Assembly: GCA_045533905.1 (NCBI GenBank)
Contig: JAZSIR010000001.1
Span: forward strand, 32,001-96,000
Direction: 5' to 3'
Length of the DNA: 64,000 nt
Origin: Clostridia bacterium
Lineage (GTDB): Bacteria; Bacillota; Clostridia; UMGS1883; UMGS1540
Shown: positions 48,376 to 57,953 of the stretch, piece by piece
Numbering within the stretch: the stretch's first letter is position 1
Layout: each line of letters begins with the position of its first letter
Program-made: the position numbers and the translations under genes
The notes under the pieces: model-generated
Databases searched by the model: none
The model's input: only the letters and a program-made list of their open reading frames with translations
Told to the model about the DNA's origin: nothing

Positions 48376-49731
48376 TTATACAATACCCTGTGCCATCATA
48401 GCATTGGCAACCTTCTTGAAGCCTGCAATGTTGGCGCCCGCTACGAGGTCATAGCCGAGGCCGTATTCTTCAGCAGCTTCTACGGAAGCCTTATGGATGT
48501 TTACCATAATGTCCTTAAGCTTCGCATCAACCTCTTCCGCGCTCCAGCTGTAACGCATGGAGTTCTGGGACATTTCGAGAGCGGAAACGGATACGCCGCC
48601 GGCATTAACTGCCTTGGAGGGGCCTACAACGAGACCCTTGCTGCGAAGAAGTGCCATTGCTTCGTTTGTGGTGGGCATATTGGCAACTTCGATGTAGTAC
48701 TTGGTGCCGTTTGCGATAATCTGCTCGGCTTCTGCGATGCCGATTTCGTTCTGCGTAGCGCAGGGCATGCAGATATCAACCTTAACGCCCCACGGCTTCT
48801 GCTTTGCGAAGAATTCACAGCCGAACTTTTCTGCATAATCCTGTGCACGGTCACGACCGGAGGAACGCATTTCGAGAAGGAAATCCCACTTCTCCTTGGT
48901 GCCTACACCATTCGGATCGTATACGTAACCGTCGGGGCCGGAAATGGTAACAACCTTGCCACCGAGCTCAGTTACCTTCTGGCAAACACCCCAGGCAACA
49001 TTACCAAAGCCGGAAACGGCAACGGTCTTGCCTTCGAAGGTATCGCCTTCGTGCTTTAATACTTCATTGGCATAGTAGGAAGCGCCGAAACCGGTAGCTT
49101 CGGGACGGATGATGGAACCACCGTACTCCATACCCTTGCCTGTCAGAACGCCGTTTTCCCAGCAGCCCTTGATTCTCTTATACTGACCGTAGAGGTAGCC
49201 GATTTCTCTGCCGCCCACACCGATATCACCGGCCGGAACGTCAACATCGGGACCGATGTGTCTGTAAAGCTCCGTCATAAAGGCCTGGCAGAAGCGCATA
49301 ATTTCTGCATCGCTCTTGCCTCTGGGGTCAAAGTCAGAACCGCCCTTACCGCCGCCGATCGGAAGACCGGTAAGGCTGTTCTTGAATGTCTGTTCAAAAC
49401 CGAGGAACTTCATAATGCCGGAATATACCGACGGATGGAAGCGAAGACCGCCCTTGTAGGGACCGATTGCGCTGTTGAACTGTACACGGAAGCCTCTGTT
49501 GGAATGTACCTTGCCGTTATCGTCTACCCAGGAAACGCGGAAGGTGATCATTCTTTCCGGCTCTACAAGGCGCTCAATAAGGCCTGCAGCCTCGTATTCC
49601 GGATGCATGTTCACAACGGGTTCAATAGATTCGAAAACTTCTTCTACGGTCTGCAAGAATTCAGGTTCATTCTTATCTCTTGCTGCGACCTGTTCGAATA
49701 CCCGTTTTAAGTACTCGTTTGTAAATGCCAT
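48376..49731 (-). CDS. gdhA: NADP-specific glutamate dehydrogenase
   Basis: GPYKGGLRFH, GGGKGGSDFDP, DVPAGDIG, RPEATG. Confidence 0.97.
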   Translation of the reverse strand: MAFTNEYLKRVFEQVAARDKNEPEFLQTVEEVFESIEPVVNMHPEYEAAGLIERLVEPERMITFRVSWVDDNGKVHSNRGFRVQFNSAIGPYKGGLRFHPSVYSGIMKFLGFEQTFKNSLTGLPIGGGKGGSDFDPRGKSDAEIMRFCQAFMTELYRHIGPDVDVPAGDIGVGGREIGYLYGQYKRIKGCWENGVLTGKGMEYGGSIIRPEATGFGASYYANEVLKHEGDTFEGKTVAVSGFGNVAWGVCQKVTELGGKVVTISGPDGYVYDPNGVGTKEKWDFLLEMRSSGRDRAQDYAEKFGCEFFAKQKPWGVKVDICMPCATQNEIGIAEAEQIIANGTKYYIEVANMPTTNEAMALLRSKGLVVGPSKAVNAGGVSVSALEMSQNSMRYSWSAEEVDAKLKDIMVNIHKASVEAAEEYGLGYDLVAGANIAGFKKVANAMMAQGIV

Positions 49732-49994
49732 ACCAAACACTCCTCTTTATTAAAGAATGGAATTATTATACCATACTCTTTTGGGATTTTGCAATACAAA
49801 AAGAGAAATTTTTTTACTTTTTGTGTGATTTTGTAGAAATTTGATAGATTTTTGTTGTTTCCGGCTGTTTTGCCCGTCACAATCCCTCGTATTCTACATC
49901 TCCATTACAGTATATGCACTAATCCTGTTCCACTTGCCAATATCCCCTTCATACTCAAAAGGCAGGACAGTACGGAGAATGCTCTTATTGCCTA

Positions 49995-50351
49995 CTATTT
50001 CTTCCATCTGAGAGCCGTAATCTCATATTTTTCCCCGAGGGCGGTGCCGTCGTATATTTCTTTACCGTCATACGAAACGAAGCAGTTGCCGATGTACGAC
50101 CAGTGGGCGCCGTTTACCTGCCAGGTGATATGCATCACATAATAGAAAGTGCCGTTTTGGGACGCGGAACCTGTGCAACGATAGGCAATCGGAAACCCTG
50201 TTTCCGCATCACATTCTCCCAAAACATCACGGCAAAGCGCTTCCGCTTCCTGCGCGGTGATGGTATCCTTCTGCATTGCCACATATGCGCCCAGCACCAC
50301 CGCCAGTATAACTGCCAGAAGGCAGAAAGCCAAAACCCATATTTTCTTCAT
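49995..50351 (-). CDS. Small exported hypothetical protein
   Basis: GGGAG RBS, signal/TM segment. Confidence 0.7.
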   Translation of the reverse strand: MKKIWVLAFCLLAVILAVVLGAYVAMQKDTITAQEAEALCRDVLGECDAETGFPIAYRCTGSASQNGTFYYVMHITWQVNGAHWSYIGNCFVSYDGKEIYDGTALGEKYEITALRWKK

Positions 50352-50376
50352 CGTTTCACTCCCTTTTCATCGTATG

Positions 50377-50760
50377 CTATCCTTTCGCGCAATAGACGTC
50401 GATGGCGTCTCGGATAAACGAAGCCGTGCCCGCCCCGTGTTTATTGATGTTCGCCCGGAAGCGTTCATCTTCCACATACATTTTCCCAAGGCCCGACAAA
50501 ATCTCATTTGTGCAGAGGTAGTAGTTTTCGGTGATATGCACCTGCAGCTTCTCTGCCAGTTTTTGTGTTTCGGGAGACTCTGCTTTTTCCCCTTTTTGCA
50601 TCAAAGCGGCAAAAGACGCGAGTATCGCATCCATTTCGAGGGCGAGTGTGGCCCACTTTTCTTTTGCATACGCCTTCGTTTTTTCTGTATGTTCTTTATA
50701 GGCGGCCGTTTCGCCCCATCTTTCTTTTATCTCTTCTTTATAAGTTTCAAACGCCTGCAT
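50377..50760 (-). CDS. Stand-alone TipAS antibiotic-recognition domain
   Basis: EIKERWGET, GLGKMYVEDERF, GTASFIRDAI. Confidence 0.85.
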   Translation of the reverse strand: MQAFETYKEEIKERWGETAAYKEHTEKTKAYAKEKWATLALEMDAILASFAALMQKGEKAESPETQKLAEKLQVHITENYYLCTNEILSGLGKMYVEDERFRANINKHGAGTASFIRDAIDVYCAKG

Positions 50761-51263
50761 TATACGTTCCTCTTCACAAGTTCGTCGGGCAATCTGTATT
50801 CCAGAATAATCGTATTTGTCCACTTTCCAAACTTATCTTGCGCAATGCGTTCTCTGTAGCCTATCGTTCTGAAGCCGCATTTCGTATGCAGCTGCAGGCT
50901 GTTTTCATTGGTCGAAAACACAGAGGCGTACAGACACCAGAAGCCTTTGCCGGGTGCCTCGTCAATTAATTTTTGCATAAGACTTGTACCCACGCCCCGG
51001 TGCCGATAGTTTTCATCGACATAGACAGACACTTCCACAACGCCACGGTACGGTTCGCGCGTCGTCGTCGGGCTCACGGCCACAAAGCCTGCCACTATGC
51101 CGTCGCACAAGGCCACATACCGGCAGTTCTTATGGTGCACGGCATCCCATTCTTCCCAGGTGGGATACGTTGTGGTAAAGGTTGCCTTACCCGAATCAAT
51201 GCCCTTCTTATATATTTCAAAAACCCGATTCCAGTCTTCCGGAATCATTTCACGAATCTGCAT
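50760..51263 (-). CDS. GNAT N-acetyltransferase (phosphinothricin acetyltransferase-like)
   Basis: EVSVYV, RHRGVG, NENSLQLHTKCGF. Confidence 0.9.
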   Translation of the reverse strand: MQIREMIPEDWNRVFEIYKKGIDSGKATFTTTYPTWEEWDAVHHKNCRYVALCDGIVAGFVAVSPTTTREPYRGVVEVSVYVDENYRHRGVGTSLMQKLIDEAPGKGFWCLYASVFSTNENSLQLHTKCGFRTIGYRERIAQDKFGKWTNTIILEYRLPDELVKRNV

Positions 51264-51435
51264 TTTTTCCTCCACAGCTTTATTGTCTTTCCGGTATTCT
51301 CTGCCTATAAAACTGCATATATGCCCGGCAGTATACCTGTCTCGCTCTTTCGCTTTATGTTTTCGTAGGTCGAGGTGGTAATCCGGATGCAGGCAAATGC
51401 GAAAAGCAAAACCAAAATAATTATGATGCCCTTTT

Positions 51436-52194
51436 TCATCTCTCTATCCCCTTCGCGCAGTATTCTGCAGGGGCGCCTTTCCCCCGTTCTATGATGCCTG
51501 CACGTATGCATCTCAGTTCTTTTTCCCGATATGCAGGCTTTGCCCACCGCACGGCGTTCTGAATCACCTTCTGAATTTCCGGCTGATGGTAAATGGGATA
51601 TTCCTCGTGGCCGGGCTGAAAATAGAATATCTTCCCTCGGCCTCTTTGATACACACAGCCCGAGCGGAAAATCTCGCCGCTTTCGTACCAGGCAACCATT
51701 AAAAGATTGTCCGGTACCGGCACCCCGAAGGGCTCGCTGTACATTTCCTCCCTGGGGATTTCAAAATATGCGGGAAGCCCCATTGTAATGGGATGGTCGC
51801 GGTCAAGAATCCAGACGCGCTCAAATTCCCCGCCGTCACGCCACGAAAGATTGCAGGATGTGCCCATCAGAAGTTTGAAGGGCTTCGACAGATGTGCCGA
51901 GTGGAGAAAAATAGCGCCCATTCCGCGGAGAACCGCTTCCTGCACCATTTTAGCGACCTCGTCCGGCACCTTCTGATACGCCTCGTGTCCCCACCAGATC
52001 AAAACATCGGTTTCCTCGAGGATTTCGGGTGTAATACCGCAGTTTTCATCGTCTAAAGTTGCCGTTTTTACGCGAATATCGTCGCACTGCAAAAAGTTTT
52101 TTATGGTCGTATGAATCCCTTCGGGATAAATGGCCTGTACCTTTTCTTCCCGTCTCTCGTGAATGTTTTCATTCCACACCAAAACACGAATCAT
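51436..52194 (-). CDS. ThuA (trehalose utilization) domain protein
   Basis: VLVWNENIHE, DVLIWWGH, FLHSAH, YFQPGHE. Confidence 0.9.
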   Translation of the reverse strand: MIRVLVWNENIHERREEKVQAIYPEGIHTTIKNFLQCDDIRVKTATLDDENCGITPEILEETDVLIWWGHEAYQKVPDEVAKMVQEAVLRGMGAIFLHSAHLSKPFKLLMGTSCNLSWRDGGEFERVWILDRDHPITMGLPAYFEIPREEMYSEPFGVPVPDNLLMVAWYESGEIFRSGCVYQRGRGKIFYFQPGHEEYPIYHQPEIQKVIQNAVRWAKPAYREKELRCIRAGIIERGKGAPAEYCAKGIER

Positions 52195-52260
52195 TTTCTT
52201 CTCTCCTTTATGCGGGCAAAATCTCCCCCCCCACGTCAAAGTAAAAGCAAAACCGTGGGC

Positions 52261-53166
52261 TCAGAAAATAGTCAGCCGCACAACCTCACCTTTATTGCGG
52301 GTGCGGAGATGCCCACACTCGATGTACTCGCGGAAGGCGGACGGAATGAAGCTGTTGTCTCCCGGTTCGAAGGCTCTGAGGCGCTCTCTTGCAATCTCCT
52401 TGATTTCGTCTGCCGATTTGCCAAGTGCATAGCCTTCAAAATAGGTGGTGCAAAGCTCTACATAGTTCAGTTTTTTGTTTTTCTTCTCGGCATCATATCT
52501 CTTTTTATTCCAGTCCTCAAACACAAAGGGCGTATCAAAATCACATTCGGCAATCTCCCCGATTTCCTTCAGGAAAATCTGTGCCATCACGTGATAGCCG
52601 TAGTCTGTAGGATGGGTACGGTCGGGCTGTATAATCTCTGCTTTCCCGAGAAGCGGAAGCAGATGATCCTTAAAGTTTACAACGCGGCAGCCGTACTTTT
52701 CGGCCATTTCAAGCTGAAACGCGCACGCTCTCTCAAGGGCGGCCTGGTAGCATTTCTTTTCGGTGCCCGCTTCGGAAACTTCATCGTACGGCGTGGGCAG
52801 GCATATAATAACCTCCGCGCCCGCATTTTTGCAGCTATGGATAATTTCTTCATACGCACCTTTATGGCGCAAAAACCAGCTTTCCCGTGCCTCGGCTTCT
52901 TCATGGCTTTGCGGCGCGGCCGTTTTGTAGAGGTCTACATTCATATCGTTCATACCGAGCATCAAAACCACATAATCAGGATTATGGATAAGGCATTCCG
53001 TATGCATATATCCACGCACCTTGTCGGCAATGCTCCCGGAAACGCCGCAGTTATAACACTTTATCTTATACTTTTTCCGCAAAGTCTGGTAGACCTCTGC
53101 TTCCCAAAGCCCTTCAGCGGTGATACTGTCGCCAAGAAAACAAATAACATCTCTGTCCTTAAACAT
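52261..53166 (-). CDS. SGNH/GDSL hydrolase
   Basis: FLGDSIT, GVSG, GMND, DRTHP. Confidence 0.92.
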   Translation of the reverse strand: MFKDRDVICFLGDSITAEGLWEAEVYQTLRKKYKIKCYNCGVSGSIADKVRGYMHTECLIHNPDYVVLMLGMNDMNVDLYKTAAPQSHEEAEARESWFLRHKGAYEEIIHSCKNAGAEVIICLPTPYDEVSEAGTEKKCYQAALERACAFQLEMAEKYGCRVVNFKDHLLPLLGKAEIIQPDRTHPTDYGYHVMAQIFLKEIGEIAECDFDTPFVFEDWNKKRYDAEKKNKKLNYVELCTTYFEGYALGKSADEIKEIARERLRAFEPGDNSFIPSAFREYIECGHLRTRNKGEVVRLTIF

Positions 53167-53182
53167 TTTTTTCTCTCCTTTT

Positions 53183-54184
53183 CTACATAAGTCCCATACA
53201 CCAGATGACAACGAGTGCCGTAAGCGTTACAAGCGTATCAATGGTGATTCCGTAAAACATCGGCGCAAGGCCTGCCTTCTTAAAATCGGCAATGCTTGTG
53301 CCAAGGCCGATGGCCGCCAGTGCCGTCACCATCAGAAACTTACTTGCGCTCTTCATAAGGCCTGAAAGTTCTGCAGGAATCATACCGACACTGTTTGCAA
53401 CCGCAAGCGCCAGAAAGCCGCCGATGAACCAGGGGATGATTTTCATAAGATTGACCTTTTTGCCACCGCTTTCGGCTTGGAGTTCTTTCTGCTTTATACG
53501 GGTGCCGATATAGGCAAACACCAAAACGGTGGGAATGATGGCGATTGTGCGGGTGAGCTTCACCATCGTGGCAAAATCGCCTGCGGCCTCCGAAAATGCA
53601 TAGCCGGAGGCAACCACGCTTGCCGTGTCATTTACCGATGTGCCTGCCCAGATGCCATAGGCAATATCGCTCATACCGAGAACTTTTCCCATAATCGGAT
53701 ACAGGGCAATCATCACCATATCGAAGAGAAAAGTAGAGGATAGTGCAAAGGCGATATCCTTATCGTCGGCGTCAATGACGGGGGCAATCGCCGCCACCGC
53801 AGAGCCGCCACAGATGCCTGTCCCTGCCGAAATCAAATTGCCGAGCTTCCAGTTGAGCCCGAAGAGCCTGCGGACAAAATAGCCGCCACCGAAGCACATT
53901 GCAAAGGTAAACAGCATTACGAAAAAAGTCATTTTGCCGACAGACATAATCGTACCGACAGAAAGGGATGCGCCGAGAAGGATGATGGCACCTTTCAAGA
54001 TTCTTTTAGAGGTGAATTTGAGCGCCGGCTTTATCCAGTCCGGATGGAAAAAGCTATTGAGGATCGTGCCCATAAACAGGGCAATGATGGATGCGCCAAG
54101 AAGCTCGCCCGGAATGATGCGCTCGAGCCAGATGGATAAAACTGCAACCAGCATACAGATTGCAATCCCCGAGATAACTACCAT
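53183..54184 (-). CDS. YeiH / putative sulfate exporter family membrane protein
   Basis: GTGICGGSAVAA, GTSVNDTASVVA, VKLTR. Confidence 0.9.
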   Translation of the reverse strand: MVVISGIAICMLVAVLSIWLERIIPGELLGASIIALFMGTILNSFFHPDWIKPALKFTSKRILKGAIILLGASLSVGTIMSVGKMTFFVMLFTFAMCFGGGYFVRRLFGLNWKLGNLISAGTGICGGSAVAAIAPVIDADDKDIAFALSSTFLFDMVMIALYPIMGKVLGMSDIAYGIWAGTSVNDTASVVASGYAFSEAAGDFATMVKLTRTIAIIPTVLVFAYIGTRIKQKELQAESGGKKVNLMKIIPWFIGGFLALAVANSVGMIPAELSGLMKSASKFLMVTALAAIGLGTSIADFKKAGLAPMFYGITIDTLVTLTALVVIWCMGLM

Positions 54185-54231
54185 TGTTTTTTTTATTTTG
54201 TCTTCTCTCCTTTCAGCACCGGTATGTTAAT

Positions 54232-54420
54232 TCATATGCATATAAATCTTTTACTTCTGCATACATCATTTTTGAAAAGCTCTGCTCTTATAAACCGATA
54301 CAGTTTAGACCGCAAGCCTTGCGCCGGCGACCATAATATATATGTACCGGAATAAACGGAAATGGCATTTGCCATATCTGCCGCCAGATATACGCCTGCG
54401 GCACCGCTCCATCCGAAATA
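54232..54420 (-). pseudogene. C-terminal remnant of a beta-lactamase-family serine hydrolase
   Basis: Hand translation YFGWSGAAGVYLAAD...; compare FGWSGAYG in 57954-59078; cut off at the repeat at 54427. Confidence 0.6.
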
Positions 54421-54426
54421 GACATC

Positions 54427-54457
54427 CTTTATATAAAGACTGTATAATCTGGATGCC
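54427..54457 (+). repeat. 31-bp direct repeat, copy 1
   Basis: CTTTATATAAAGACTGTATAATCTGGATGCC, identical at 56530-56560. Confidence 0.9.
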
Positions 54458-54502
54458 GGTCTTTTTAGCTGCGGTTGTTACTACAACCACATTAGGTGTA
54501 AA

Positions 54503-56506
54503 CTATAGTTTGCCCAATATTTTTATTGCATAATATAACGCCCAGTCCTGATCGTTCGCAAAGCTATCATATTTATGACCTGATGCGACACCCGGTCTCA
54601 TATGTGCGTTCTCATATCCTGCTACGGAAGAATACTGCATTACCTTATACGGAACCAGATATCCGGCAGAAGCAAAACCATTTTCGAAATAAACGCAAAG
54701 ATTGTTCTTTACTACAGCCTCCGCATACTCCCTATACGCACTTTCAAATCCACACTTATATAGGAAATCATATGTTTCAGCAGACAATGCACATAGCCAT
54801 TGGGGCATAGTATCACCATAAGTTTTGCTTTTCCCAAACCAATACAAATCCCAGTAGCGAACAGCATTCATATTTACGTGATAATCAGGTTGCCTTGCAA
54901 AAAACGCATTTGATTTTTCGATGAATCCTGGTGCCATTTCAAGATATTTTTTATCACCTGAAAGCATATATGCCTGACACAAAATATTCACTTTGCCATT
55001 GAACATAAACTGCGTACATTTCACTTCTTCAGAAAAACATTTACTGCCGTCTCTTATAATTCTTTCTGCGTGAACAAGGGTATGATGTATAAGTCTTTCC
55101 CTGAGTTCATGCAAGCCTTCTGCCTGAAGTAATTCGCATATTTCGTATGTTCTTATGCATGGGGATTCCTGCTCTCCTCCCCGTACCTTTTCATAATACG
55201 AAACCATAGTACGCGCAGAAATTTCAAGACATTCCTTTTCTTTTGTAAGCAAATACCATTCAAGATAATACACAGCCATCCACGGATAATTATATGCACG
55301 CTTCCATTTATCATCGCGATTTACGCCGTTGTATACGGTTGCAGTGTCTTTATCAAAAATTTCCCTTTCAATGAACCTTCGGTGTTTAATCAAGGATTTC
55401 ATCATAGTTTCATCGTATCTTTTTTGCAAAGCCTGTGCCACTACAACCCCCATTGACAATCTTTCACGGCACGCATTGTTGTCCTGAAAACACTCATCAT
55501 AATATAGCTTGTCTGTGTCTCTGTCATAAATAAGGTATGCACCGTCAAGACAACTCCCCGATCTGTGATATTGTTGTTTTGTTGTGATAAACTCAGCTCT
55601 TTTTATAACAATTTCATCAAGCGGTAATAATATATTTATTTTTAACCATAATAATTTACCATTTACCGACAAATAAATCGTTCTTTCTCCAGGAGTCTTG
55701 AAGGAATGTGTCCATTTTGCTTTGTTTCCGAATTTAGTGTACTTTATTTCTTTATCTTCACATACAATTTTCAAATCATCCCAACAATCAAGACTATCAA
55801 ACTCGCATTCAACAGCTTCGTCTATAAAAGCACTGTATTTATTTGCAATTATTTTCATCCTGGAAAACTCATTCAATATTCCCTCGTCCGGAGCTATATT
55901 GTCGAAACGAAATACAAATGACAAAGTTATACTTTCTCCCGGTGCAACTACAATATCACCCGGATGCAACACTATATCACCACGGTAACTCGCGCCTACC
56001 TTTACGCGGCTCACATCGTAGCTGATGCTGTAATCAGCTATTCCTCCTTTGACTATGTTACATACAAGGTAAGGTTTTATACCGCTCGGTTTCGCTGAAT
56101 ACATCCACGCGCCATCTCCACCACACCAGACGTGTGTTATGCACGAATTATTATGCAAATTGGTTTTGTTCTCAAATGTACAGTTATAAGGAAAGTGTAT
56201 TCCCAGATTATCTTTTGTAAAAAAGTATTCAGAGCAATTATTATTTGTTATGCAGTAGCACTCTGTATATATCCCGTTTTTTACTCTTTTATTAACACAT
56301 AATTCGAGCGATTGATTTTCCGAATACACATCAATACCATCTTCTGCATTCATTACCCGATAATTCTCAAAGCCGATAACCTTTCCCCAATCTGAATTTT
56401 CTAAAATCCAGTTAAATCCATATTCATCATCCGGATTATATATCGCTGTGGTATAGCCATTAACTTCATCGAATGCAACACAAATTTTACCATCATTATA
56501 CTTCAT
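54503..56506 (-). CDS. Six-hairpin glycosidase-like protein
   Basis: RAYNYPW, RYWDLYWFGK..YGDT, FANDQDWAL; helical C-terminal half; AT-richer DNA. Confidence 0.65.
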   Translation of the reverse strand: MKYNDGKICVAFDEVNGYTTAIYNPDDEYGFNWILENSDWGKVIGFENYRVMNAEDGIDVYSENQSLELCVNKRVKNGIYTECYCITNNNCSEYFFTKDNLGIHFPYNCTFENKTNLHNNSCITHVWCGGDGAWMYSAKPSGIKPYLVCNIVKGGIADYSISYDVSRVKVGASYRGDIVLHPGDIVVAPGESITLSFVFRFDNIAPDEGILNEFSRMKIIANKYSAFIDEAVECEFDSLDCWDDLKIVCEDKEIKYTKFGNKAKWTHSFKTPGERTIYLSVNGKLLWLKINILLPLDEIVIKRAEFITTKQQYHRSGSCLDGAYLIYDRDTDKLYYDECFQDNNACRERLSMGVVVAQALQKRYDETMMKSLIKHRRFIEREIFDKDTATVYNGVNRDDKWKRAYNYPWMAVYYLEWYLLTKEKECLEISARTMVSYYEKVRGGEQESPCIRTYEICELLQAEGLHELRERLIHHTLVHAERIIRDGSKCFSEEVKCTQFMFNGKVNILCQAYMLSGDKKYLEMAPGFIEKSNAFFARQPDYHVNMNAVRYWDLYWFGKSKTYGDTMPQWLCALSAETYDFLYKCGFESAYREYAEAVVKNNLCVYFENGFASAGYLVPYKVMQYSSVAGYENAHMRPGVASGHKYDSFANDQDWALYYAIKILGKL

Positions 56507-56529
56507 ATCTATACACTCCTTTTGAAATT

Positions 56530-56560
56530 CTTTATATAAAGACTGTATAATCTGGATGCC
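56530..56560 (+). repeat. 31-bp direct repeat, copy 2
   Basis: Identical to 54427-54457. Confidence 0.9.
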
Positions 56561-56620
56561 ACTTTTTATGTTTATTGCGACACATAAGGTTTAGATGCAA
56601 CTTTTCAAAGGCTCCCTTGA

Positions 56621-57069
56621 GGCTCCCTTGTGTAAAGGGAGCTGTCAGCGAAGCTGACTGAGGGATTGTTTCACTACATTATCTATAAACATACAAACTC
56701 CATCAAAGTTTTTCAAAACATCAAGATTTGATATTCGGATAACTTTTATCCCATATTGTTCTAAATAAGCAGTTCTTTTTTCATCATTGAAAAGCCCGTC
56801 ATCTTCGTAGTGTTGCGAACCATCTAACTCTATAACAACATTTGCTTTTGCGCAATAGAAGTCTGCTATATATTTACCTAACACCTTTTGCCTTGTAAAC
56901 TTTATAGGATAACTTCTTAAAAAATCATACCAAAGATGTCTTTCTTCTTTAGTCATATTTTTTCTAAGTTCCTTTGCAAATGGAACTATTTTATTATTAT
57001 GTTTTCTATCCATTTACAACCCCTCCGAGTTTGCTTCGCAAACTCACCTCCCCTTGCACAGGGGAGGCT
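56621..57069 (-). mobile_element. DUF559 gene flanked by inverted REP-like double hairpins
   Basis: Left 56621-56669 and right 57016-57069 are related hairpin pairs in opposite orientation. Confidence 0.6.
56645..57013 (-). CDS. DUF559 (Vsr-like PD-(D/E)XK) endonuclease
   Basis: AKELRKNMTKEERHLW, FTRQ, YIADFYC, IELDGSQH. Confidence 0.92.
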   Translation of the reverse strand: MDRKHNNKIVPFAKELRKNMTKEERHLWYDFLRSYPIKFTRQKVLGKYIADFYCAKANVVIELDGSQHYEDDGLFNDEKRTAYLEQYGIKVIRISNLDVLKNFDGVCMFIDNVVKQSLSQLR

Positions 57070-57219
57070 TTTTCCTTTTCGTCATATTTCGACATCTTTA
57101 CATTGCGAGGCATAAGGTTTAGATGCAAGTCTTTTTAGCATAGCGAATGCGACATATAAGGTTTAGATGCAAACCTTTTTGGTGGCTGTTAATATCAAGA
57201 CATATAAATAAATTGGAAT

Positions 57220-57870
57220 TTACTTAACTGCCTTTAGCGTATAAGTTGCTCCCCAATGGTTCAAAACTTCGACCGCAGAAAACCCTGCTTCAAGTAATGC
57301 TTCCGTTTCATGCTTTACGGTAAGAGGTGTATCGTAATGATAGAATTCATCATCACAAATACCTTGTTCTGCTTTCAATGCTGACAAATTCCGTCTGTGC
57401 ATCTGTTCTTCTTCATCGGATAATGAAAAATAATCCGTAAGGATAAAACATCCCTTATCCTTTATTGCCGTATGTAGTTTAGAGTATAACGCAATCTTTG
57501 CTTCTTTTCTGAAATGATGCAGACTCTCCACCGATACCGCTGCATCGAATACGTTCTCGCCCAAAGGCACATTAAAATACGAGCCGAGTATCAAGGTTAT
57601 ATCCTTGCCCACGAATTTACGCTTGAGTTCGGCTAACATTCCTTGCGAGAGGTCAATTCCTGTAACCTTTGCTAACGGATTCTGCGTATAGTATTCTTGA
57701 AGTTCTAATCCCGTGCCACAGCCCAAATCAAGCACGTGGCAGTTTTCAGTGGTCGGCAATTGTTTTGCTGTAAAGGGATAGAATTCGTTTGCGGATTCGA
57801 TGTTGGTCATCATATGCTCATCGTATCCATCAAGTCTTGCTTCAAAAAAATCGCTCATTTTTTCAAGCAT
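57220..57870 (-). CDS. Class I SAM-dependent methyltransferase
   Basis: VLDLGCGTG, GIDLS. Confidence 0.92.
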   Translation of the reverse strand: MLEKMSDFFEARLDGYDEHMMTNIESANEFYPFTAKQLPTTENCHVLDLGCGTGLELQEYYTQNPLAKVTGIDLSQGMLAELKRKFVGKDITLILGSYFNVPLGENVFDAAVSVESLHHFRKEAKIALYSKLHTAIKDKGCFILTDYFSLSDEEEQMHRRNLSALKAEQGICDDEFYHYDTPLTVKHETEALLEAGFSAVEVLNHWGATYTLKAVK

Positions 57871-57953
57871 ACATAACCTCCTACAAATTCTTATTTATCT
57901 GTTCGACATTTTTCGACATATCAATAATACTTGCGTTAAGTTAATGGCAAAAA

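Larger units (their letters stand above)
56576..57172 (+). repeat. Three copies of a 25-bp repeat TGCGAnnyATAAGGTTTAGATGCAA
   Basis: Copies at 56576-56600, 57104-57128 and 57148-57172. Confidence 0.9.

Noticed and set aside
3165-54000. Long opposite-strand ORFs such as 8094-9674, 44036-45313 and 47926-49059
   Set aside because: Antisense shadows of well-supported genes, with no RBS or motifs.
54326-54353. dif-like site GGCGACCATAA-TATATA-TGTACCGGAAT
   Set aside because: The XerD arm does not match and the sequence lies within the serine hydrolase remnant.
56576-57172. CRISPR array
   Set aside because: Three copies with spacings of about 500 and 19 bp, one interval holds a gene, and there are no cas genes.
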